From NCBI RefSeq assembly GCF_006345805.1, contig NC_043009.1, positions 26,474,001-26,538,000 on the forward strand: a stretch of 64,000 bases of DNA, read 5' to 3'. Position 1 is the stretch's first letter. Every line of letters begins with the position of its first letter. The notes beneath the pieces are model-generated. The model saw only the letters and a list, made by a program, of their open reading frames with translations, had not been told where the DNA came from and did no database searches. The stretch is from Octopus sinensis (taxonomy: Eukaryota). The translations under genes and the position numbers were made by a program. This document shows positions 23,401-37,385 of the stretch, one piece after another.

Positions 23401-26400
23401 TCGGTATTTGTCTCCTTTTTTTATTTTATTCCCTCCCCAACAGATGAAATAGAAGGTTGACCATGGCAGGATTTGAACACAAACAGTCTATAATTGCTAC
23501 GAAATTTGGCACGAGGCCAGCACTTTGGGATGGAGAAGGGGCTGGTCACTATGCTGACCCCAGTATTTGACTAGTCTTGGTTGCGGACACAGTACAATGT
23601 CAACAACAGGAGAGGAGCCGATCACCTCTCAAATTTTTGCCCACTTCACTAATGTCTCAGTCACCCATGGCTTGCTCTTTCTCTCTCTCTGTATGTATAT
23701 ATATATATATATATATATAACACCAAGTAAGTTAGGGGTTGTGGATCCAACCCACTAAGGGATAATATTTATCCAATATACTGTTGGTATAATACCCAAA
23801 TTATTAAAATACAAGTGTTTTTAATTGCAATACAATTAACCTACTTATTGTATTAAATGGGTGAAGGTAAAGAAATATTTTACCATTAATTTATAATACA
23901 AATAAAAAAATGGAGAAACAATTTAGTTGGTTCATCAGCTTTCAGATATTAGAATGTTGACCTATTTATTTATTTAACAAAAAACGAGAACCTTAATAAT
24001 GTACATATATACATTATAATTCAATACATATAAGATAAGAATACAATTATAAAAATCTTAAAATAAATTATTGAAATCATTAAAATCACTCTTACAGCTG
24101 TTTCAGCCTATGAAAAAAAGTAGTTTTCAGTGCCTATAGTTGTCAATTATATTAAGGTTGTAGGCATTTAAAAATAGGGTACTTATATATAACCATAGGC
24201 CTCGTCAGAGAGGAGAACTTTCAAAATATGAATACATGAAACAAGATACATATAACATGGCTCTTATGGCTTATCTATCATATCTAAACAAATGTTTTCT
24301 TATTATGAAATATTCTGTAAAAATATTCTGTGAAATCATATTAATTCGAAGGATAAATATATACATATACGTATAATTTAACTGTGATGAAAAGAAAAAA
24401 AATCCTCATATAGATATTGGTGTATATTTGTACGTATGTATATATATGTACATGTTGCTTCTGTTTGTTGCCCATACGCATGGACTTGTGTGTATGAAGA
24501 AGAACAATATTGTAACAACCCTGGTCTAACTGTATATATATATATATATATATATATCTGTTTGTATTGATTGTGGTTTTTAAATTTATAAAATTAAATC
24601 TACCGTAATGAATTATTTATATTGTATTGTAATATATGATATATTGGAATCTACTATAATATGTATTGTGAAGTGAAGATTACTCTAAATCTAATAATAT
24701 TGTTATTATTGATAAATATAATAATAATAATAATAATAACAATAATAATAATAATAATAATGATATTAGTAATAGTTAAATATTCTTTATGTAGTCATGA
24801 GCATGGACATATGTATATGTTCCAGTATATATGTATAAATATGTATATGACGAGTGGTCTATTTGCTTGGACCTATTGTTTAATTGTGCTTATTTATGTA
24901 TTTATACACATGTAAAGGTGTGTATATACTTTGCTTATGTATGTATAAATATATATGTGAGTAGGTGTATATGGATATTTGTTTATATTATATATATACT
25001 AAATTGTACATGTATCCTGTTTCATGTATTTATATTTTGAAAGTTCTTTATAATCTCAGATAAGGCCTATGGTTATATATAAGTACCCTATTTTTAAATG
25101 CCTACAACCTCAATATAATTGACAACTATAGGCACTGAAAACTACTTTTTTTCATAGGCTGAAACAGCTGTAAGAATGATTTTAATGATTTCAATAATTT
25201 ATATTAAGATTTTTATAATTGTATTCTTATCTTATATGTATTGAATTATAATGTATATATGTATGTTATTAAGGTTCTCGTTTTTGTTAAATAAATAAAT
25301 AAGTCAACATTCTAATATCTGAAAGCTGATGAACCAACTAAATTGTTTCTCCATCTTCTTATTTGTATTATATATATATACACATAGTAAATGATAATAT
25401 TATTTACATAGTAAATGATCCGCAAGCACTCAAGCAAACTAAGTCCTCAACTTGTTTCCTTTGCTGAAAGGTTTGCAAAGCAGCAGCAGACCACAAGAGA
25501 TACATTCATGATTACTGCTTTATTTTACTGAACTCTCGTTTTTCAGCCATGACGAGAGAATCCATCATGCATATACTCTTTACTCTCTTTTACTTGTTTC
25601 AGTCATTTGACTGCAGCCATGCTGGAGCCCAGTACTTATTCTATCGGTCTCTTTTGCCGAACCGCTAAGTGACGGGGACGTAAACACACCAGCATCAGTT
25701 GTCAAGCAATGCTGGCGGAACAAACACAGACACACAAACATATACATACACATACATACATATATATACATATATACGACAGGCTTCTTTCAGTTTCCGT
25801 CTACCAAATCCACTCACAAGGCATTGGTCGGCCCAAGGCTATAGCAGAAGACACTTGCCCAAGATGCCACGCAGTGGGACTGAACCCAGAACCATGTGGT
25901 TGGTAGGCAAGCTACTTACCACACAGCCACTCCTGCGCCTATCTATATATATGTAATATCTATACTTACATTTCAACACCGCTGCTCTTAATGAAAGCCT
26001 TACTTGTCATTGTGGTTTTGTGACATGAAACAAAACAGGTCTTTCTGTCAACTCAAGAAAGCAAGGAATAAAGAACCACAAGCACTTGCACAGACTGAGT
26101 CCTCAACTTGTTCCATATGCCAAAAAAGTTTGCAAGGTACCAGCAGGCCTCAAGAGACACGTTTGTGTCTATAGAACATGATTACTGCTTTATTTTACTG
26201 AACCCTCATTTGTCATTCACAAGAGAATCCATCATATATATATATATATATATATGAATTGTGTATGGCAAAAAAATATATAATCTTATGAACTCGCATG
26301 AGCCAGGAGGCTACCTGAACTCCAGGACTGACGCCATTGGGAGTTGTCCACATTTTGGGAAATTTTTACTTCAAAACTGGAAAACCTAGATGTCAAGCGA

Positions 26401-27541
26401 AGGAAGACAACTCGCCCAGCCATAATTTTTTCAGAGGAATATTTTTTAACTATCACCGGAGTTCTAGTGTTTTTAAAAAACATTCTTTGCAAAGAACAGT
26501 TATCATTTAGAGAAACTGAAGCTAGATATGAAACCAATGGTTTTTTTTCTAAAACTGTTACTTTACACATTGTGGTAAGTAGCTTGCTTACCAACCACAT
26601 GGTTCCAGGTTCAGTCCCACTGTGTGGCATATTGGGCAAGTGTCTTCTACTATAGCCTCAGGCTGACCAAAGCCTTGTGAGTGGATTTGGTAGACGGAAA
26701 CTGAAAGAAGCTCGTCATATATGTGTATGTGTGTGTGTGTGTGTGTGTGTCTTTATTTGTCCCCTCCCAACACCACTTGACAACCAATGCTGGTGTGTTT
26801 ATGTCCCCATAACTTAGTGGTTCGGCAAAAGAGACCGATAGGATAAGTACTAGGCTTACAAAGAATAAGTCCTGAGGTTGATTTGCTCAACTAAAGGCTA
26901 TGCTCCAGCATGGCTGCAGTCAAATGACTGAAACAAGTAAAAGAATAAAAGAATATATATATATATATTCTGTTTGACCCGTGTGAACATGGAAAAGTGG
27001 GTATTATAATGATGAAGCTTCTGAAGTTTGCTTCCCAACCACATGGCTCCAGGTTCAGTGGCACTGTGTGCCACTTTGGGCAAACAAAACAAACCACTGG
27101 TTTGAATTAAATGGTCGAGGAAGGAAGACAAATAGAAAAGAAACAAAACATAAAGAAAACAGCAAAAAAAGTGTTTTTGGTACTAAGTATGTAAATGAAC
27201 AGCCATGTAACCCATCTACAACCAGAAACCTGTCCTGCTCTGCCCCTTATTTTTTCTCTCATGCTTTTCCTCCACTTTAATCCTTATTTTCCTAGCTTAA
27301 AGCCCCCACTCCCTTAGAGCTCAGTCTTACAAGATACACGGCAACCTCACTAGTGCCGGCGGCAAGAGAAAAGCATAGGGTATACACTGTAAAGTGGTCA
27401 GTGTTAAGAAGGGGAAGGGCATCCAGCCAGAGAAAACCTTGCCAAAGCAGACCCTGCAGCACGATGCAGTTCTTGGACCCATCGGATCCTGTCAGACTAT
27501 CCAGCCCATGCCAACATGGAACATGGACATTAACTGATGAC

Positions 27542-27574
<33 letters not shown>

Positions 27575-30500
27575 GGTGAGGAGGAGGAGGAGGAGGATAA
27601 ACACTTGTAAAGTGGTCGGAGTTAGGAGGGCATAGAAACCAATCCAGAGTTAACATGAAGCATGATGCAGCCCTGTGGCTCACCTGATCCTGTTGAACCC
27701 TCCAGCCCATGCCAGCATGGAAAACCAACATTAAATGGTGATGAAGAAGAGGATGAGGAGCAGGAGGAGGATATGCACACTGAAAAGTGGTTGGCATTAG
27801 GAACAGCACCCAGCCGTAGGAACCATGTCAGAGTTAACATGGGACAGGAGGTGGCCCAGCAGCTCACCAGATCCTGCCAAACCAACCCAGACAGAAAAAA
27901 ATAGCAGATTATAACTGCTTTAGAAATAATTCCAGAATTGAAGGTTTCCATGCTATTGGAGTGTGGCTCTTTTATGAATCTGAAACATTCCAAACTTCAT
28001 CGAAAGGGAAAAGAAAGGGGAGAACATTGCTTAATGTGCTGATGGAACCCTTTTCACCCCACCCCCCCAACATGCAGTCAGTTTGCAAGTATGAAGTCAA
28101 GTTAACACATTCGACAATAAATTTACGAGATGGTTTCTAGTTACTCGCAGCCTTTCTCGTTCAATATCTTTTACCTCAGCTTCGAAAATTATTAATTTGT
28201 CGTCAACAACCTGAAGTCCTCGTTATTTTAAATGGCATTTCTTTCAACTCAGAAGAACGTACGATGCAATTGTATTGCTGCCTTTGCAGTTTATGACAGC
28301 AGAATGTGACAAAACTTGTCTCTGTAAATTGTGCTTTCAAACATATATATATATATATTATGGAATATTGATTGCGCTGGCATCATACAGCAGTAAGAAT
28401 ACAGTCTGAAGAATCAGCTGCTGTCTCAAACTGTCAGCTCGATACAATGTTAGTTTCTCCATGAAACATAATGTTATTATAAAGACAATATATGATATAT
28501 GATATAATATATAAAATAAATGTCAAACCATCCAGAAGAACTGGTTTTGTCAAGAGTAACTATCATTGAACAATCATGTACAATGTGTGCTTGTGTGTAT
28601 ATATATATATATCAAATAAAATTAAAAACAGAACTCAAAGGATATATATATATATATATCATCATTATCATCATTTAACATCCGTCTTTCATGCATGCAT
28701 GGGCAGGACGGTTAACAGGAGCTGGCCAGGTGGAAGATTACCCCAGGCTACTGTGTCTGTTTTGGCAAGGTTTTTACAGTCACCCTTCTTAACACGCTTC
28801 CTTTTTTTGGATGCCCTTCCTAATACCAACCACCCTGCAATGTGGACTCAGTGATTCTTATGTGGCTCCAGCACAGGCAAGGTTAGTTTTGGCATTATTT
28901 TTACAGCAGGATGCCCTTCCAAATGCCAACCACTTTGCAGTGTGGACTGGATGCATTTTAGATCTGTGTGTATACATACATACATACATATATATATATA
29001 TGTATGTATGCATGTATACATATATATATATATATATAGGAAATGGTGGCACAATGTGCCAATTTTTGCTGGAAATAGCAATTGATAACCATTCAATGCT
29101 AGGTAAATCTTCATTGAATATACAGAGGTAAAGACATGTGTGGATGGCGGATATGAAAAATTTTCTTCTTCCTGCAGGAAGAATGCCAGAGAAATGAACA
29201 ACCTAGTACTTGAGTTTCGAACTTTTCAGAATACATTTGTTATCATAAAACTGATTGGCCTTCATCAGTTATTTTCCAGTGAAATAAAGCACCGTAAAGA
29301 TACACTAGGCTTACAAATTCAAGGCTTTGGTCAGCCCAAGACTATAGCAGAAGACACTTGCCCAAGGTGCCACGCAGTAGAACTGAACCCGGAACCATGT
29401 GGTTGGTAAGCAAGCTACTTACTACACAACCACTCCTACACCTATATATATATATTATATATACATATATATGTATATATATATATATATATATACATAT
29501 CATTATATATATAGAAATATTATTATTTCTAAGTCTCTCTAAAGGAGACTATGGCAGCAGTACTGGATATTAACAGTTATCGCCAAGCTAATATGGCAGT
29601 CCATAAATATAGGATGTAAGCTGCCGTTGATTAGTTCCAAGAGACCATCGCCTCTAGTTAGCTATATGACACATGAACCTGTGTCCATTATATATATCAT
29701 TATCACCATTGTCAGTTTCTCATGCTAGCATGGACTGGACAGTTCAACAGGAGCTGGCAAATCAGATGACAGCACAAAGCCTCAACATTTGTTCCGGCAA
29801 GGTTTCTATGGCTGGATGTATGGCATGCTTTTTACTTGGCACCATCACTAGTGGGATTACCAAGTACATCAAAAGACAATACCATTCAACTAAGGGTAGG
29901 GTAGGTGTGGTATTGAGGGAAGAAGCTCTTTGCCAGGGGTTTAAAGTATGACTAGAGGGACAAGAACAGGTGTTTTGCTGCAGAGAAGATCCATGGCTAG
30001 CCCAGTCAGAAAAGAAAGAGGATGGTGTTGAAGATGTGTGTCAGGGTGTTCCCTCAAGCTACTGGACAGCGAATATAAGTGGTAAGGGTGGATGAGTAAG
30101 TTCATGGGAGTGGATGTGTGAAAGGAGGGTGACAGATGGATAGAGATGGTGACAGAGGGAAATGTAGTGAGTGGTGAATATGGGTGGAGACAATGGTCAG
30201 TTGTGAATATCAGTTGGAGGGGAAGGGGGAGGAAGTAGGTGAGGGGCAGGGAGATGACAGCTGGCAGCAAAGATGTGATGTGGCAGTGGGGAAGCAAGAG
30301 AGCTGCACAGTGCCAGAGATGAAGTCAGAGGTACATAAGGGTGGAAAGAGTGAGAGACAATAAAAGAGGGCTGCCATTGGCTAAATTTCATGCATTGGTA
30401 CTCTTTTATGCTTTTACTTGTTTCAATCATCTGACTGCAGCTATGTTGGAGCACCGCTTTTAGTCAAACAAATCGACCCCAGAACTTATTCTTTGCAAGC

Positions 30501-30616
30501 CTAGTACTTATTCTATCAGTCTATTTTGCCGAACTGCTAAGTTACAGGGACGGAAGCATACCTACATTGGTTATCAAGCGTCAGTGGATGCAGGGGACAA
30601 AGACACACAAATATTC

Positions 30617-30708
<92 letters not shown>

Positions 30709-30729
30709 ATATAATATATATATATATAT

Positions 30730-30776
<47 letters not shown>

Positions 30777-33700
30777 ATATATATACAACAGGCTTCTTTC
30801 AGTTTCCATCTACCAAATCCACTCACGAGGCATTGGTAGGTTTGAGGCTATAGTAGAAGACACTTGCCCAAGGTTCCACACAATGGGACTGAACCCGAAA
30901 CCATGTGGTTGGGAAGCAAGCTTCTTACAACAAAGCCATGCCTGCCTATATATATATATATATTCAATAGGCTTCTCTGAGTTTCCATCTACCAAATCCA
31001 CTCACAAGGCTTTGGTCAGCCCAAGGCTATAGTAGAAGACACTTGCCCAAGGTGCCACGCAGTGGGACTGAACCTGGAACCATGTAGCTGGGAAGCATGC
31101 TTCTTACCACCCAACCATGCTAGCGTATATACACAACTGATTTTTGTAGTTAAGGGTAATTTTGAGTGAATATATCATCATCATCATCATCATCGTTTAG
31201 CGTCCGTTTTCCATGCTAGCATGGGTTGGACGGTTCTACTGGGGTCTGTGAAGCCAGGAGGCTTCATCAGGCCCAGTCAAATCTGGCAGTGTTTCTACGG
31301 CTGGATGCCCTTCCTAACGCCAACCACTCCGTGAGTGTAGTGGGTGCTTTTTACGTGCCACCCGCACTGGTGCCAGACAGAGCTGGCAAACGGCCACGAA
31401 CGGATGGTGCTTTTTATGTGCCACCGGCACGAGGGCCAGGCGAGGCTGGCAACGGACACGAAACAGGGCGGTGCTGGCAACGGTCGCGAAACGGAAAGTT
31501 CTCTTACATGCCACCGGCACTGGTAACACATCTGCAATTTCCATTGATCGATTTCGATTCTGATCCTCACTTGCCTCAACGGGTCTTCACAAGCAGAGTT
31601 TCGACATGCCACCGGCACTGGTAGCACATCCGCAATTTCCATTGATCGATTTCGATTCTGATCCTCACTTGCCTCAACACGTCTTCACAAGTAGAGTTTT
31701 GTGTCCCAAGAAGAGAAGGTATGCATACGTAGGCTGGCTCCATCCCATGTAGAAGGCCACGGGTTATGGACTCACTTGTCCTGCCGGGTTTTCTCGCGCA
31801 CAGCACACTTCCAGAGGTCTCGGTCTCTAGTCATTTCCTCAGTGAGACCTAAAGTTCGAAGGTCATGCTTCACCACCTCGTCCCAGGTTTTCCTGGGTCT
31901 GCCTCTTCCACAGGTTCCCTCAACCGCTAGGGTGTGGCACTTTTTCACACAACTATCTTCATCCATTCTCGCCACATGACCATACCAGCGCAAACGTCTC
32001 TCTTGCACACCACAACTGATGCTTCTTAGGTCCAGCTTTTCTCTCAAGGTACTTACACTCTGCCGAGTGTGAGTACCGGCATTACACATCCATCGGAGCA
32101 TACTGGCTTCATTTCTAGCGAGCTTACGCATATCCTCAGCAGTCACGGCCCATTATATCTGATTTCTCCAGTATAAGAGTTAATGACCGCAGAAACAAGG
32201 GTTAACAAACAGTGGTCCCATAAGCCACAGGGGCTTCATTAAAGGATTAAATTGACAAGTGAAAGTAAAGATTACCATTAATTGTTTAAAAGACATTTTT
32301 GCTTTGGGTCTTATATATTCATAAATTACTACAGAACCAAATCCTTGAAAGATGCTAAATTGACATTTTTACATAGATTATTTGACAGCAAGCCAATGAC
32401 GTGTGCCAGATAGCCATTAAAACATAGAATAAAACATACAAGATGTGGTGGAGGAAGAAACATTTTTTTTCTTTTTAAAATATAAAAAAAAACTTTTGAG
32501 CAGTTAAAAGTAGATGGCATGGTGCATTAATCAAAGACTAAATTATTTTCAAGTAATTTTTTTTTTCTAATATGCTGCTTTTTGTTTGTTTCTCATTGTG
32601 ATTGATATTGTTGCTGTTGTTGTCATTATGGTGGTGGTGGTTGTCATTAATGCTGGCTTTTTTATTTTCTATTTAAGCCTTCCCTCCTTGAACCTGTCAG
32701 CCTAACAACCAGTAACTAAACTAAAGAACTCAGAAAAGAAAATAACAATAATAATAATAATAATAATAATAATTTTTTTTTTATTAATAATTGTTTTTTT
32801 ATAATCAACATGGCTATATTTGAAGACAGGCAGTTTTACCTAAACAGAACGGAATTTGATAAAATTGGTAAGTACTCAAATATTAATTCAGAACTCTCAA
32901 GACTGTGTGAAAGCAGGACAAGTGTCTTATGATGATGATGATTGTCATCATCATCATCACCACCACCACCACTACCACCACCACAACCACTACCACCACC
33001 ACCACCATTATCACCAGTGATCTACATCATTATCATTTTACATGTGTATTTCCATGCTTTCATGATTCGGACAAGTCTATGATGGAGTACAGCAATTCCT
33101 TGTCACAATTGCCTTTGTGTGGTTCATCCTCTTAAGAGTGGCTTCCACCACTTCTTCCGATGTCTTTCTCAGTCTTCCTCTTTCACAAGTTCCCTCCCCT
33201 CAGACCACTAGACACCAAGTCTTAACAGCACCAAACTCCTGTGTTCTAAACACATAACACATGACCACATCCGAGCAGTTTTCTCTTTCATGCACCAGCA
33301 TCTGACTCCTCTCATACCAAAATATTTTCTCAGCTTATCTATGCTCTACCATTCATGTAACTTTGAACTAAGGAGGCCAACTGACAAAGTAGTCAGACAA
33401 TATGTCTTGTAGTAACAAAGACACACACACAATGTATATATTGTCTGAGAATGGTTTAGCTGGCCAAAACTTCGGAGTCACTATCAATACTATTCCTGTT
33501 AAAAAATAATAAATTTGTGCTCTACCAAATCATTATCATTATTGTTTTTTAACATCTGCTTTCCATGCTGGCATGGGTTGGACAGTTTGTCTGAGGACTG
33601 ACAAGCCGGAAGGCTGCACCAGGCTCCAATCTGGTTTGGGAAGGTTTCCACAGCTGGATGCCCTTCCTAATGTCAACCAATCTGAGAGTGTAGTGAGTGC

Positions 33701-36700
33701 TTTTTACGTGCCACTGACACAGGTACCAGTCGAGCAGCACTGGCATCAGTCACGCTCAAATGGTGCTTATCCTTCAATTTAATACACACTGCCAAGAATC
33801 TTACCACATTGGGCAAAATGCTTGGCGCCATTTCTTTCAACTTTACATTTCGAGTTCAAGTGGCACTGGGCTCAAGAGGCACTTTGCTTTCATCCTTTCA
33901 GGTTCAATAAAATAAATACCAGTAGAGTACTGGGGTCCATGTAACCAATTTGTACCCCCTCCCCCATGATTGCTGACTGTCAAAATATGAAATCTATATG
34001 CTTTGTAGCAGTTATTTCAGCTTACTACATTCCGAGTTCAATTTCTACTGTGGTCAACTTTACTTTTTATCTTTCAGAAATTGTTTGAGCACCAGTCTAG
34101 TGGGAGACACTAACAGAATCATTGGACAGGCTGTCATGCTGTATTTGTTTTCTAAGTTCAAATCTTGCCACAGACTATATGGACTGTAGGTGGAATCCAT
34201 TGCCCAGTTTAACACCACCACTTGGTACTTTCGTTTCTCCCCCCAGCCTTCAGAGGCCCCGAGCACTACTTTTCAGGTGGAGGCATGGCTGTGTGGTGAG
34301 AAGCTTACTTCTCAACCACATGGTGCCAGGTTCAGTACCACTGCATGGTTTCTACTATAACCTCAGCCCAACTTTAGCCTTGAGAGTGGATTTGGTAGAT
34401 GGAAACTGAAAGAAGCCCATTGTATACGTCTCAGTGTGGGTGTGTGTGTGTGTGTAAAGGACAGGCATCCACACAGTTTCCACTTACCAAATTCAATCAT
34501 ACAGAATTAGTCAACCAAGTGCTAGAGTAGAAGACACATACCCAAGGTGCTGTCCAGAGGGATTGAACCTGAAGCCAGCCGGCCAGGTGGTTGCAAAGCT
34601 AACTTCTTAACCATACAGCCATGCTCGCACCTTAATAATGATTTAATAATTAAAAAACAACGTAGTATTAATAATTGTTTTACATTTATTACTCTCGTTG
34701 CTGGAGATGAGAGAGATTTTTTTATATTTACAGCTCCATGGCTGTGTGGTTAAAGAAACTCATTTTGAAACCACAAGGTCTCAGGTTCAGTCCCATTGTG
34801 CAGTACCTTGGGCAAGTATCTACTACTATATCCCTGGGACAACCAATAACTTGGAGTTAATTTGGTCAAAAAAAAAACTCTAGGGAAGCACATCATAAAT
34901 AAATGCATGTGTGTGCGCATGTGTATGCACTAGTGTGTGTGTGTGTGTGTGCCTGTCACCCCCACCCCACCACTTCCCAGCCAGTGTTGGTTTGTTTACA
35001 TCTTGTAGCTTAACCCTTTCAATACCAACCTGGCCGAAATCACCTCTGGCTCTGTAGTACAAATGCCTTGTTTTCATACATTCTGAATTGAGATCTTCCA
35101 CCAAACCTTAGTCACAATTTAGGTTCCTAACACTAGCTTAACGATAACTAAGTGTTTATTTTAAATTCTTTGTTATATTTAGAATGAATTGAAAGAAAGA
35201 CAGAGCATCTCAAAATACGGTAACGAAAGAGTTAATGACTCAGCAAAAGAACTCAATAGGAAAAGTACCAGACTTTCAAAACAGGGACTGGAGTGTTTTG
35301 TCTAAGTTTTTCAAGGTAGTGCTCCAGCATGGCCACAGTCCAACGACTGAAACAAGTGAAAGAAAGACCACTGTTTTGATTGGTTTCATAGAACTTCCAG
35401 TTATCTTGTGTCATATTTCTATATATGTATATAGAACATCTATATGTATATACGTATACAGAGCTCTGAGAGCTGGCAGAAATGCTAGCATGCTGGGCGA
35501 AATGCTTAGCAGTATTTCGTCTGTCTTTACGTTCTGAGTTCAAATTCCACCGAAGTCAACTTTGCCTTTCATCCTTTCAGGGCCAATAAATTAAGTACCA
35601 GTTGCATACTGGGCTCAATCTAATCGACTGGCCCCATCCCCCAAAATTTTGAGCCTTGTGCCTAGAGTAGAAAAGAATGCTTAGCGGTATTTCGTCTATC
35701 TTTATATTCTGAGTTCAAATTCTGCTGAAGTCGACATTGCCTTTCATCCATTCGGGGGCCAATAAGTTAAGTACCAGTCGCATACTGGGGTCAATCTAAT
35801 CAACTGGCCCTACCCACCAAAATTTTGGACCCTGTGCCTAGAGTAGAAAAGAATGCTTAGCAATATTTCATCTGTCTTTATGTTCTGAGTTCAAATTCCG
35901 CTGAGGCCAACTTTGCCTTTTATTCTTTCGGGATCGATAAATTAAGTACCAGTTGTGTACAGGGGTCAATTTAATCAACTGGCCCACTTCCTTCAAAATT
36001 TCGGGCCTTGTGCCTAGAGAAGAAAAGTATACACGTATACAGAGCACCAGGCTGGGTTTGAATTTGCAACTTTTGTTCCTAAACTAGCAGTGATAATAGT
36101 GCAACTACCCACTGTATGTATTATATGCATACATCTCAGACATGTAAAAACATGTAGAGATTTTATTTTTTTTTAATCAAAGAAGAACGAGAAGCAAAGG
36201 AAACTAAAGAATAATTACTGTAAACGACCATTGAAAATGGTGAAATACTTATGGAAGTTTTATAGCACTTTGGTGTTATCGTAATATTTAATGTACTACA
36301 AAGATACATGCTGACACACTCATATGCATACATATGGGCAAATACATATACATGCATACACACACACACGTGTGTGTGTATAAATATATATAGACATATA
36401 TACATACAGACACACGTGTGTGTATATATAAACATATATATATACATGCATATACATATATATTTACATACATATATATATACATGTATCTATACACACA
36501 CATATATATGTATATATATATATATACACACATATATATATACACATACATATATATATATACATATATATGCACACACATATATATACACATATATAAA
36601 TACATATATATACATATATACACATACATATATGCATACACATATATATATATATACATATATGCAGACACATATACATATATATATACATATATATATA

Positions 36701-36795
36701 TATATACATATATATGCATATATATACATATATACATACATATACATATATACATACATATATACACATATATAGACATATATACATACATATAT

Positions 36796-36836
<41 letters not shown>

Positions 36837-37137
36837 TATATATATACATATATATATACATATATATACATATATATACATATATATATATATACATATA
36901 TATACATATATATACATATATATATACATATATATATACATATATATACATATATATATACATATATATACATATATATACATATATATATACAAATATA
37001 TATATACATATATATATACATATACATATACATATATATACATATACATATACATATATATACATATACATATATATACATATACATATATATACATATA
37101 CATATATATACATATACACATATATATATATATTATA

Positions 37138-37169
<32 letters not shown>

Positions 37170-37346
37170 CATATATGTGTGTGTGTATTTATATCCATAT
37201 ACCTATGTACACATGAATAGACTTTAAACAAACAATCTAACCAAAGCAGCCTTCAAATAAGTGTGTAAGTGACAAATTCAAAAAAGAATATTTGTAGTAG
37301 TAGTAGTAGTAGTAGTAGTAGCAGTAGTATTAGTAGTAGTAGTAGT

Positions 37347-37385
<39 letters not shown>

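Noticed and set aside
25050-25170. Right-arm copy of the long-loop hammerhead
   Set aside because: Core mutated (CAGAUAA instead of CUGACGA)
29038-29200. Exon-like signals on both strands (plus [12 protein letters not shown]..; minus cctgcag|EEENFSYPP..)
   Set aside because: No partner exons, no good donor on the minus strand, no recognisable homology
35470-36030. Regularly spaced repeats superficially like a CRISPR array
   Set aside because: Units are whole ~190-bp SINE copies without unique spacers; eukaryotic context, no cas genes
36288-37227. Long ORFs of 155-294 aa (YI/HT/CV-rich)
   Set aside because: Stop-free translations of (TA/CA)n; the same applies to most poly-Y/I/L/N/H ORFs in the track
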